Assembly (NCBI GenBank): GCA_963770835.1 | Contig: CAVYRH010000005.1 | Location: 1 to 64,000 of the forward strand | Length of the DNA: 64,000 bases | Origin: an uncultured Pseudomonadota bacterium | Lineage (GTDB): Bacteria > Oederibacteriota > Muellerivitia > Muellerivitales > Muellerivitaceae | Direction of reading: 5' to 3' | Part shown: positions 11,201-19,553 of the stretch, in pieces | Position numbering within the stretch: position 1 is the first letter of the stretch | How the letters are laid out: every line of letters begins with the position of its first letter | The notes under the pieces: model-generated | What the model was told of the DNA's origin: nothing | What the model saw: only the letters and a program-made list of their open reading frames with translations | Databases searched by the model: none | Position numbers and translations under genes: made by a program

Positions 11201-12250
11201 CAAACCGTCACCTCCACCGTGACGAGTACGGCCACGGCTTCTTTAACCCGCACTCCCATGGCAACCCCCTCCAATAGCCCCACGGTAACGCCTTCTTTTA
11301 CGGCTTCCACTACCCCGACCGCAACCGCAAGTGCCACCGTTTCGTTGACCCCTTCCGGAACACCCACCAAAACGACCACCAAAACCCCAACTTCCACCGC
11401 CACCAGCACCGGAACCTTGACCCCCGTTCCCACCAATACCTCCACGGCCACCCCTTCCATAACACCCAGCTTTACCCCCACTTCCACGGCCACCTTTTCA
11501 GCCACAGCCAGCCCCTCCGACACCCCCTCGGCTTCGCCTACTGCTAGCCCCACCGCCAGCAGAACTTCCACCGCCTTTTTGACCCCAACCAGCTCCCCAA
11601 CCCTCACGCCCACCTCTTCGGCCTCCTCGACGCCTAGTTTAACGACCACATCCACCGCGACAGCCACCGCTACCCTCAGTCCCACGGGGACATTGAGCCC
11701 CTCCATGACGCCGACTCCGACCAGCACCCCGACGGCGACCGTCACCTTCTCGGAAACCGCAACTGTGACTTTTACCTGCACTTCCACGCCAAGCCTCACC
11801 CCCAGTTCCACTACTACCAGAACCCCTACCGCCACGGCGTCTTATACCCCAACCGCCACGACCACCCCGACTTTCACCCTTTCGGCGACACTCTCCCCGA
11901 CCTTTACACCTGTTCACACATTGACTTTTACTCCCACCCCCACGAGCTCCTCGGGATCTTCAGCCGTTTCCATTCGCTTGCCTTACCCCAATCCTGTTTT
12001 CGGCGGGGGACCTGTGAACGTTGGAATCCAAGGGTCGGGAACGATCACCGGAACCTGGACAGTTTTTACCACGGCTTTCCGGAAGGTCGCGAGCGGAACG
12101 ATTCTTTTGAGCAATGGCGGAGCGCTTCAATGGGACTTAAAGGACAGTTCGGGTGTGCCGGTAGCATCGGGCCTCTACTACCTGCGGATTTCGGTGAAGT
12201 CGGACTCGGGCAGTTTGACTAAGATCCTGAAACTGCTGGTGATCCGATGA
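8225..12250 (+). CDS. Secreted GH116 (GBA2-type beta-glucosidase/glucosylceramidase family) + malectin-like CBM + ~300-aa T/P/S stalk + C-terminal sorting domain
   Basis: GAPVGGFGAG; LESYIYSFYGTSDVRFYGSWPL (nucleophile Glu region); W.DLN.K.VL.VYR; DCTYD (acid/base region); FRTPEAW; YMRA.AIW; malectin LYQTERYG...Y.V.L.F.E...R.F.V.ING. Start uncertain (GTG 8225 or TTG 8195). Confidence 0.88.
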   Translation: MTFKKTALPTRTQALNCFLVSFLLCVYLAASPVRATTNIPTQAWSRDINAGGYIDGAPVGGFGAGTLTWDFAGDFYTTRLNIASAPTGTSPPYTTDSNAHFYLYQKLSGQTAVFEKLNASTLGSGEATYYSLFPKSWVSYYGTTFPCPTTVTQFSPIIPGDYTRSSYPEGIYEWDVTNNQAVSCDFAVMLTFDNTFGGTNAAVTTSGSNVGLVLTRNTGNATTSAQGEFTLATQGGAGVSVTYQSAASVATLQTAFSAAGFLNNTVGTNTIGGVAFKVTLAPGQSVKIPVVLAWDVPLAKPGTGASWWREYTRTYGRTGLGSAAIAFDALTNYSTWESSIDTWQNSILTGPYPSWMQQMLFNELYYYFTGGTMWESGQYGTTSYDAGPDMFSSLESYIYSFYGTSDVRFYGSWPLALLWPNIDKQEVEQFCDSVTLTGAQPLPRPAAIGTCAHDFGSLNDVFTAWNDYTYRNSTLWRDLNSKLVLMVYRVWELGGKTDTTFLNYSWPAVQEAMTSVHNQCDANGLPNISATDANGGADCTYDDMGLNGDTAYCGSLFLAACEAAQAMATAEGNTALANTYQSWLTAGQTGFATLWNGNYYNIDNGATDTAQNRIMVDQLAGEWYAKALGLPGIVSDANANSAWQKVHDNNWAKFDSGADGAVNSMTSGGAIDTSWPQSQEVWVGVSWGAAAGMVQQGMFTQGTDIGYSLYNSIWNTGQFWFRTPEAWQTGLSNVRAPYYMRANAIWALKHAYDIAPAPCGNQTCSPTATYTATATPALPSACASPVVRVNCAGGQYVSGGITWVADQAYTTGSWGYVSGAAAASITNAISGTSYPGLYQTERYGNPVEYKFTVPNGNYEVILRFVEQYWNAAGSRIFSVAINGNTVISNLDIYSKVGKYAAYDQTFVIPVTGGLIDIVETATADNAEITGIDILNNIPCTPTATPTGQFTATSTPTFTLTSSMTATPTLTITKTPTASPTLTPTASPSFSPTQTVTSTVTSTATASLTRTPMATPSNSPTVTPSFTASTTPTATASATVSLTPSGTPTKTTTKTPTSTATSTGTLTPVPTNTSTATPSITPSFTPTSTATFSATASPSDTPSASPTASPTASRTSTAFLTPTSSPTLTPTSSASSTPSLTTTSTATATATLSPTGTLSPSMTPTPTSTPTATVTFSETATVTFTCTSTPSLTPSSTTTRTPTATASYTPTATTTPTFTLSATLSPTFTPVHTLTFTPTPTSSSGSSAVSIRLPYPNPVFGGGPVNVGIQGSGTITGTWTVFTTAFRKVASGTILLSNGGALQWDLKDSSGVPVASGLYYLRISVKSDSGSLTKILKLLVIR

Positions 12251-15200
12251 AACGGTTCCGTTCATCCCTGCTTATCCCCACCCTCGTTTTCTTTGCCCTA
12301 ATGGGCGGAGGTGTTTGGGCCCAAAACGTCAACGGTACAACAGGTAATTTTCCATTCCCCCAAAACCTGAACAATCCCTTTGGCTTTCACTCTTCGATCT
12401 ACAACAACGCGGATGTTCTCGTCGCCTATAACAAGTGGTACGCGGACTGTGTGACCTCCACGGGTGCGGGAGGATATCTCCGGGTCCAAAGGCCGAATGA
12501 GCCGGGCTTGAACCCCAATTCCACGGTCTCCGAGGGTATCGGCTACGGCATGGTCATCGCCGTTTACATGAACGATGAGAATCTCCTCGATAACCTTTGG
12601 AAATATGAACAGCTCCACTTGGACAGCAACGGATTGATGAATTGGTATATCAACTCCGATGGAACTCTCGGGGCCAATGGGGGGGGAGGCGCCACGGACG
12701 GGGATGAGGATATGGCCTGGGCACTTCTGATGGCCTCCCGCCAGTGGGGAGGAAGTGGCTCTTTAGGAAGTAGCTACCAAAGTCTTGCTGTCTCCCAGAT
12801 TGGCCGGCTTTATTCCTATATCAGCGCTAACGGGATGATTGCCGATGGAGGCGACGGGTACGGCGCCATTAACCCTTCCTATTTCGCGCCAGCCTATTAC
12901 CGGGAATTCGCCAACGCCTCGGGCCAAGCCGGTTGGCTGACCGTGTCCGCCAACTGTTATTCGGTCTTGAACGGCAATCTCTCCCAAGGCTACGGAAACA
13001 CCAATAACGGTTTGGATTCAGCCTGGTGTACCAGCGCGGGTGTTTCCACCGACACCAACAACGCCCCTTGGGATTACCAGTACGACGCCTGCCGTACGCC
13101 CTTCCGCATCGTGGAAGACTATCTTTGGTTCGGCAACAGTTCGGCGCAAAGCTACGCCACCAAGACCAGTAATTTCTTTTCCGCCATTGGCGCGGTTTCT
13201 ATCGTGGACGGCTACCAGTTGAGCGGCACCCCGGACCCCCAATCCCCGGTGCTTCCTGTCTCTCCTAGCCCGGTCAGCCAGTCCGCAGCATTCGTGGGCC
13301 CGGCCGGGGTGGGGGCGATGGTGAGCCGCACTTACCAGCAATACATCGACAACACTTACTCGGACCTGGTTGGCTCAAAGCTCCTTCAAGGCGGTTTTTA
13401 CTACGATGAGTCTTGGACCGTCATGTCCCTCCTGATGCTTTCGGACAACTTTCTGGATTACAACCTCTATGTCGCGCCCACCCCTACGCCGCCCCTTTCC
13501 GCCTACGCGCCGCTGACCATTCGGGTCAATAGCGGGGGACCCCAGTTTGCCGATACGCAGCCGGCCACTTGGGCGGCGGACCAGCAGTTCACGGCAGGGA
13601 GTTGGGGTTGGGTCGCGTCCGCCAACAACGTCTCCACCTATTCGGCGACCATCGCTAATACCGTTTATAATCAACAGACCTTATATGAAACCGAACGCTG
13701 GGGGAATCCCACCTATCAATTCACAGTGCCCAACGGCTATTACCAGGTGCTCTTCAAGTTTTGCGAGAATTACGACGGCGATTCGCACGTGGGAGGAAGG
13801 GTTTTCAGCGTAACGGAGGCTGGTACGCCAGTCATTTCTAACCTAGATGTCTATAAGACTGTGGGGGAGCACGTGGCCTACGACGTCCCCACGACCTGCA
13901 TGGTTTCTACGGGCCAGTTGGACATTGTCTTTACCTCGACAGCGGATAGTTCCCAGGTCAATGCCATCCAAGTGATCCGGCTCCAGACGCCCCCAACGGC
14001 CACTCCCACCGTGCCCTGGACCGTTACACCCACCAATACCCCGACCCAGCCGCCTGTCCCAACGGGAACGCCGACCCCAACCGTCACTTCCACGCCCACC
14101 GCGACCGGCACCCTGCCGACCAGCACTCCGACCCCCTCAGCCACGGCCCTTTATGTCAATTGCGCCGGTCTCCAATACCTCAGCGCCTCCTCAGGCATTA
14201 CCTGGCTGGCCGACCAGGCCTACGCGACGGGAAGTTGGGGTTACACGGCGGGGACGGCCTACAGCAGTACCGGACCCATCGCCAACACCTCCGACCCAAC
14301 CCTGTATGAAACGGAACGGGCAGCTTCGGGCGTCACCTATATCTTTACTCTCCCCAACCGGGTTTATGCCGTCACCTTAAAATACGCCGAGACCGCCCAT
14401 ACGGCGGCGGGCCAGAGGGTTTTCAACGTTGCCCTGAATGGCACCACCGTTCTCACCAATTTCGATATTTTCAAGGACTCGGGCGGCCAAAACATCGCTG
14501 ACGACAAGACCTTTTCCGTTACGGTGACGGCCGGAACGCTGGAACTGGACGAAACCGCCTCGGTGGACAAGGCCACCCTGATGGCCATCGGCATCGTGCC
14601 CTATGTCCCCCCCACCCCCACTCCGACATCGACACCTACTTCTACCCCTACCGGGCCCACGGCCACCCCGACCCTAACCCCTACTAAGACCCCGACGAGC
14701 ACTGTCACCGCCTCGCCTACCATCACCTTGACCCCGACACTTACCGCGACCTCAACCCCGACCGCAACCGTTACCTGGACTCCCACCATCACGCCCACCC
14801 CGACCCCCACGTCCCTTTACGTCAATTGCGCCGGGCCCCAGTATGTCAGTGCTTCCTCCGGCATCACCTGGCTGGCGGACCAGACCTATACGGCAGGAAG
14901 TTGGGGTTATGTGGTCGGCACCGCCTACAGCAGCCCGGGACCGATTTCCGGCACTCTCGACCCGACGCTTTATATGACCGAGCGGGCCAACGCGGGCGTC
15001 ACCTACCGGTTTACGCTTCCCAATGACGTTTATAACGTGACCCTCAAATACGCCGAAACCTACCACACCGCGGCGGGCCAAAGGGTTTTCAATGTGGTTT
15101 TGAACGGCGTCACCGTTTTCTCCAATTTCGACATTTATAAGGATTCGGGTGGCCAAAACGTTGCCGACGACAAGACTTTTTCCGTCACGGTGACTGCCGG

Positions 15201-16509
15201 GACGCTGGAATTGGACGAAACCGCCTCGGTGGACAAGTCCACCATCATGGCTATTGGCATCACCTACTCGGCCATACCGACGGCAACGCCTACCTCGAGC
15301 CTTACCTCCACACAGAGTGCTACACCCACCCTGACGCCTACCTCAACCCTTACCCGGACAGCTACTTTTACCACAACTTCTACGGTTTCCTGGACCCCGA
15401 CCACAACCCCTTCTGGAACAGCCACTCCCACGGCCACACGGACTTCCACCCAAACTCCGGCGGCGACTTGGACTTCTTTGTTCACGCCCACTTCCTCAAC
15501 CACAAGTACACCCACCGCCACCCCGAGCTTCACGCTTTCGGCGACACCATCACCTAGCTTCACGCCTTCCAACACGGTTTCTTCCACGCCCAGCCTGACA
15601 CCCAGTTCGACTCCGTCAAATTCAGCCACGCGCACCCCCAGCGGGACTCCGACCAACACAGGCACCTTGACCCCAGCTTTGACCAATACATCCACTTCCA
15701 CGGCTTCGAGTACCCCTTCCTGGACTCCTACCGGGACGGCGACCTCCACACCAACGGCCAGTCTTACCCGAACCCCGACAGCCTTCCCCACCCTGACGGT
15801 TTCATCTACTGACACCTTTTCACCTACTGCCACGACCACCTCCACGATAACGGCTTCGGCCACGACCACTTCCTCGTCTTCACCCACCAATACCGGAACC
15901 CCGACCCTGAATCCCACCAAGACCCCCACTCCCACACCATCGGCCTCCCCCTCCGCATCACCCAGCGAGACTCCGACGTTGAGCCCCACTGCGACAAGGA
16001 CGGGAACTCCTTCGTTGACGGCCACTTTTTCGCCATCCAACACGGCTACTCCCACCTTTACAAGATCGGCCACCATGACACCTACCCTGACAATAACTCT
16101 TTCCGTGACGCCCTCCCCGACTTTTTCACCCACCTTGTCGCCGACGGGAACTTCACCATATACCCCCTCGTCAACGCCTACGGCCACTCCCCACGCACCA
16201 TTCTTGACGCCGACTTATACTCCTACTCCCCTGGGGATCGTGATCTCGCCACCCTATCCCAATCCCTCCTATGGAATTGCGATAACCATTCCAGTGGAAT
16301 CTCCCGGCAATTCCATCATTGATTGGGAGGTCTTTACGGTTGCCTTTCGGGAGGTGGCCTACGGAAACAACGGCAAGGGAACTATCCAGTGGAATTTAAA
16401 AGATAAAAAAGGCGATGCCGTGTCCAGCGGGCTTTATTACCTGCGGGTTGAAATAACGACCGGGACGCAAAAGGTCCAAAAGATTTTCAAAATCTTGGTC
16501 CTCCGGTAA
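12247..16509 (+). CDS. Secreted GH8 endoglycanase + three malectin-like CBMs + ~320-aa T/P/S stalk + C-terminal sorting domain
   Basis: Signal peptide ending VWA; TVSEGIGYGM, ATDGDEDMAWAL, NPSYFAPAYY, YQYDACRTPFR; three LYETER/LYMTER malectin modules; ATGA overlap with the GH116 gene. Confidence 0.9.
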   Translation: MKRFRSSLLIPTLVFFALMGGGVWAQNVNGTTGNFPFPQNLNNPFGFHSSIYNNADVLVAYNKWYADCVTSTGAGGYLRVQRPNEPGLNPNSTVSEGIGYGMVIAVYMNDENLLDNLWKYEQLHLDSNGLMNWYINSDGTLGANGGGGATDGDEDMAWALLMASRQWGGSGSLGSSYQSLAVSQIGRLYSYISANGMIADGGDGYGAINPSYFAPAYYREFANASGQAGWLTVSANCYSVLNGNLSQGYGNTNNGLDSAWCTSAGVSTDTNNAPWDYQYDACRTPFRIVEDYLWFGNSSAQSYATKTSNFFSAIGAVSIVDGYQLSGTPDPQSPVLPVSPSPVSQSAAFVGPAGVGAMVSRTYQQYIDNTYSDLVGSKLLQGGFYYDESWTVMSLLMLSDNFLDYNLYVAPTPTPPLSAYAPLTIRVNSGGPQFADTQPATWAADQQFTAGSWGWVASANNVSTYSATIANTVYNQQTLYETERWGNPTYQFTVPNGYYQVLFKFCENYDGDSHVGGRVFSVTEAGTPVISNLDVYKTVGEHVAYDVPTTCMVSTGQLDIVFTSTADSSQVNAIQVIRLQTPPTATPTVPWTVTPTNTPTQPPVPTGTPTPTVTSTPTATGTLPTSTPTPSATALYVNCAGLQYLSASSGITWLADQAYATGSWGYTAGTAYSSTGPIANTSDPTLYETERAASGVTYIFTLPNRVYAVTLKYAETAHTAAGQRVFNVALNGTTVLTNFDIFKDSGGQNIADDKTFSVTVTAGTLELDETASVDKATLMAIGIVPYVPPTPTPTSTPTSTPTGPTATPTLTPTKTPTSTVTASPTITLTPTLTATSTPTATVTWTPTITPTPTPTSLYVNCAGPQYVSASSGITWLADQTYTAGSWGYVVGTAYSSPGPISGTLDPTLYMTERANAGVTYRFTLPNDVYNVTLKYAETYHTAAGQRVFNVVLNGVTVFSNFDIYKDSGGQNVADDKTFSVTVTAGTLELDETASVDKSTIMAIGITYSAIPTATPTSSLTSTQSATPTLTPTSTLTRTATFTTTSTVSWTPTTTPSGTATPTATRTSTQTPAATWTSLFTPTSSTTSTPTATPSFTLSATPSPSFTPSNTVSSTPSLTPSSTPSNSATRTPSGTPTNTGTLTPALTNTSTSTASSTPSWTPTGTATSTPTASLTRTPTAFPTLTVSSTDTFSPTATTTSTITASATTTSSSSPTNTGTPTLNPTKTPTPTPSASPSASPSETPTLSPTATRTGTPSLTATFSPSNTATPTFTRSATMTPTLTITLSVTPSPTFSPTLSPTGTSPYTPSSTPTATPHAPFLTPTYTPTPLGIVISPPYPNPSYGIAITIPVESPGNSIIDWEVFTVAFREVAYGNNGKGTIQWNLKDKKGDAVSSGLYYLRVEITTGTQKVQKIFKILVLR
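14149..15261 (+). repeat. Direct duplication of a malectin-like module (copies 14149-14595 and 14815-15261, offset 666 nt)
   Basis: Near-identical DNA and protein: LYVNCAG.QY.SASSGITWLADQ...DKTFSVTVTAGTLELDETASVDK. Confidence 0.9.
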
Positions 16510-16574
16510 AGCCGGACGGAAACGAAAAGAGTTAAATCGATTTTGAAACCGGGGCTTTTCGATATAATGGGCCA

Positions 16575-17621
16575 GTGAAAAAGTCCAATTCCTTCCGAAA
16601 TCGTCCCGTGCGGGTCGGCGTCATCGGTTTGGGCCAAATCGCCCTCAAGGCCCACCTCCCGGGCTACGCCAAGGCGGCGGGATGCCAGTTGACGGCCATC
16701 CATTCTTTGCGGGAAGCCCACGCCAAGGAAGTCGCCACCGAGTACCTTATTCCCCATATCTACAAAGACTGGCAAAAACTCTTGGAGTCGGACGACGTGG
16801 ACGCCGTTTCCATCTGCACTCCCAACTTCACCCACGTGCCCATCGCCTTGAAGGCCTTGAGGGAAGGAAAACACGTTTTGGTGGAAAAACCGATGGCCAT
16901 GGACCGGGCCGGGGCCCTGGAGTTGTTAAAGGCCGCCAAAAAAGCCAAACGTGTCCTGATGGTGCACCACAACATGCGGTTTGACCCGGCTGTCCGCACG
17001 GCGGAGAAGTTGTTTCGCCAAAAAACCATCGGGGAAATCCTGGCGTTCCGGGGAATCCTGACCCACCGGGGGCCCCAGGCCTGGAGCCCCAAGGCCGACT
17101 GGTTTTTTGACCAGGCTAAATCCGGCGGCGGCGCCCTTATGGACCTCGGGCCTCATGTTTTCGACACCCTGGCTTTTTTGATGGGCGAGTCCTTGATGAT
17201 GTCCGGAGCGGTGGCGTTCCGGGGGAAGGGAGGCGTCCCGGGATCGGGCAACAAGTTGTCGCAAACCGAGATTCATTGCGCTTGCCTGCTGAGGGTTAAA
17301 AGCGGGGCCGTCGGCTCGATCACCGTGGGATGGGCCGATACCGACTACCATAACCGGTATTATTTTTACGGTTCCAAGGGAACCCTTTCCATTAACCTCG
17401 CCAAGGGCGATCCCATTACGTTGGAACTCAGGAATCAGGAAGGCCGTACAAACCCCGACCTGGATAAATGGAGCTTTTCACCCACTCTTTACGAGCATTT
17501 CATCGACTGCATCCGGCATGGGAAGACGCCCTGGGTTTCTGGTGAGGAGGGCTTGAAGACCGTCGAGCTAATCGAGGCTGGTTACCGTCTCATCCAACGC
17601 CCCTCTATCACCCTCATTTAA
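16575..17621 (+). CDS. Gfo/Idh/MocA family NAD(P)-dependent oxidoreductase
   Basis: GVIGLGQI; DAVSICTPNFTH; GKHVLVEKPMA; GGGALMDLGPH. Confidence 0.93.
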   Translation: MKKSNSFRNRPVRVGVIGLGQIALKAHLPGYAKAAGCQLTAIHSLREAHAKEVATEYLIPHIYKDWQKLLESDDVDAVSICTPNFTHVPIALKALREGKHVLVEKPMAMDRAGALELLKAAKKAKRVLMVHHNMRFDPAVRTAEKLFRQKTIGEILAFRGILTHRGPQAWSPKADWFFDQAKSGGGALMDLGPHVFDTLAFLMGESLMMSGAVAFRGKGGVPGSGNKLSQTEIHCACLLRVKSGAVGSITVGWADTDYHNRYYFYGSKGTLSINLAKGDPITLELRNQEGRTNPDLDKWSFSPTLYEHFIDCIRHGKTPWVSGEEGLKTVELIEAGYRLIQRPSITLI

Positions 17622-17667
17622 CACTCCTTATTTTGCTGCCGGCTGGAAAGGGAAGTTTGAGTCATTT

Positions 17668-19017
17668 ATGAAGAGGGCTCTTACCTGGATTCTCCTTTCC
17701 ATTGGTTTTGCGACGATGTTCCCCGTTTTGGCTCTTTTTTCAACCCCGGCCGGAGCCGCCTCCGGCGATCCCGATTTGTTGGCTGAGCAAAAAAACCAGG
17801 CAGATATTTTCCAGGAAGCCGATTCCATATTCGCCGAGGTTTCCCGCCTACGGGGAGAACCCATCAAAAGGCCTGTAGCGAAGAAGTTCGAGAACCAGGC
17901 TTTTTTCCGGGAATACTACCAGCGCCTCCTGGAGGTACAGTATCCACCCGAAAAGAAAAGAAACCTCGAGAAAGCCTATTCGTTTTTTGGATTCCTGCCA
18001 CCGGGCGTCGACCTAATCAAAACCTACCTGGATTCCTTCATGAAGGTTGAGGAGGGCCTTTATGATCCCAAAACCCAGACCCTTTACATCGCGGACTGGA
18101 TTAACAGCAAAAACCAGGAGGAGACCCTGGCCCATGAACTGACCCACGCCCTCCAGGACCAGTATTTCGGTTTGGAGGACTATTTGGACAAGGGAGCCGA
18201 CCTCTCCCTGGACGAACAATTCGCCCGGGCCAGCGTGATGGAGGGGGAGGCTGTGGCTATTTCCCTTAATTACTCCCTGGAGGATAAAAATATCGATTTC
18301 ACCCAATTGGTAAACATCGCCGATTGGACAACACTTTCCAATATGCTGGCAGCCGAAGGAAAAAGGGCTTTTGGGAAAAAGGTAGCCTTCAATGAATCCG
18401 TCAGTTTTCCTTATGTATATGGGACCGCTTTTTTACAGAAGTATATAAAGGCCTATGGCTGGCAGGGAATGAGCTACCTTTTCAGGCACCCGCCCACTTC
18501 CACCCACCAAGTGATGCACCCCGAAACTTTTTTCCCCCACCGTCAGAACCCGGTTAAGGTCCATATCGAGGATTTGTCGAAGGAGGTTTTGGCGGGATAT
18601 GAGCAAGTTTGGGATGACACGATGGGGGAGTATGGGCTGACGACCCTCTTAAGCCGGTACCTGCCGGAAGGGGAGGCCCGAAAATCGATGCGGGGTTGGA
18701 GAGGTGACCGTGTGCAGGTTTATGAAGAAAAGGCAACTCACCGCCTTTTAGCGGTAGGCTACGTTATTTTCGATAATGAGGGATCGGCGGACGAATTTTT
18801 CCAGAATTACCGGGATTTCCTCGACGCCAAATACGCCGTCGATGTCATTCGCCGCTCCGACGACACCATTCACTGGATTTCCCTGAAAGGCGCCGATACG
18901 GAAGCCTACGTGGAGTGTTTCGGGCGACGAGCGGTGTTCGTCGAAGGGACGCCTTCCGATCTCACCACCAAGGTTCGGGGGTCATTGTGGAATGTGGAGC
19001 AGGTCAAGCAACATTAA
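17668..19017 (+). CDS. Exported putative zincin metallopeptidase-like protein
   Basis: N-terminal hydrophobic signal; GLYDP..QTLYI; LAHELTHALQDQYF (HExxH); downstream EGEA; FPYVYG; PPTSTHQVMHPE. Confidence 0.7.
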   Translation: MKRALTWILLSIGFATMFPVLALFSTPAGAASGDPDLLAEQKNQADIFQEADSIFAEVSRLRGEPIKRPVAKKFENQAFFREYYQRLLEVQYPPEKKRNLEKAYSFFGFLPPGVDLIKTYLDSFMKVEEGLYDPKTQTLYIADWINSKNQEETLAHELTHALQDQYFGLEDYLDKGADLSLDEQFARASVMEGEAVAISLNYSLEDKNIDFTQLVNIADWTTLSNMLAAEGKRAFGKKVAFNESVSFPYVYGTAFLQKYIKAYGWQGMSYLFRHPPTSTHQVMHPETFFPHRQNPVKVHIEDLSKEVLAGYEQVWDDTMGEYGLTTLLSRYLPEGEARKSMRGWRGDRVQVYEEKATHRLLAVGYVIFDNEGSADEFFQNYRDFLDAKYAVDVIRRSDDTIHWISLKGADTEAYVECFGRRAVFVEGTPSDLTTKVRGSLWNVEQVKQH

Positions 19018-19040
19018 GGCGGCGTTGAATTCCAAGCCGC

Positions 19041-19081
19041 GCTATTTCGGCATCATAATCATAGACTCGAAATAGCCTTTT
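19041..19081 (+). terminator. Possible intrinsic terminator (9-bp inverted repeat followed by a T run)
   Basis: GCTATTTCG (19041-19049) / CGAAATAGC (19068-19076) then CTTTT; the 18-nt loop is unusually long. Confidence 0.4.
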
Positions 19082-19090
19082 GGACGGTCC

Positions 19091-19119
19091 TTGACACTGA
19101 TGGAGGGGGTACCTAAACT
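19091..19119 (+). promoter_or_regulatory. Sigma70-type promoter for the thioredoxin cluster
   Basis: TTGACA-N17-TAAACT, about 100 nt upstream of trxA. Confidence 0.7.
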
Positions 19120-19223
19120 TACACTGCTTCTCCAAAAATGGGCCTGCGACCCATCATGAGAGATGTTGGAATTGATTCGATTTTCCCTTTGAATAAAGGT
19201 TTATTTAGAACTCGGAGGATGCC

Positions 19224-19553
19224 ATGGGCACAGCACTTCATACGACGGATGCGAACTTCAAAAAGGACGTATTAGATTCCAATGTCCCGGTTTTAGTGGA
19301 CTTTTGGGCCGAATGGTGCGGCCCCTGCCGCATGGTGGCCCCGGTTTTGGATGAATTGGCCAAGGAATATGACGGAAAAATCAAGGTTGCCAAAGTCAAC
19401 GTAGACGAAAACCAGCAGGTTTCCATGGATTTCCATATCCGCAGCATTCCCACCCTGCTTTTCTTCAAAAACGGCCAGATGGTGAAACAGCTCATCGGCG
19501 CCCATCCAAAATCCAAGTTGGTCACCGAAATCCAGGAAGTGATTGGTAACTAA
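19224..19553 (+). CDS. trxA: Thioredoxin (cytoplasmic)
   Basis: [37 protein letters not shown]. Confidence 0.95.
   Translation: MGTALHTTDANFKKDVLDSNVPVLVDFWAEWCGPCRMVAPVLDELAKEYDGKIKVAKVNVDENQQVSMDFHIRSIPTLLFFKNGQMVKQLIGAHPKSKLVTEIQEVIGN

Noticed and set aside
10927..11835. Long Val/Gly-rich ORFs antisense to the stalks (also 15264-16187, 2893-3078, 13878-14144, 14601-14810, and 5406-5912 on +)
   Set aside because: They are shadows of ACN/CCN-rich Thr/Pro stalk codons on the opposite strand, with no independent coding evidence.
11040..16230. Repetitive C/A-rich DNA as a CRISPR array or VNTR
   Set aside because: There is no fixed repeat-spacer unit; the repetition is at protein level with varied codons inside ORFs.
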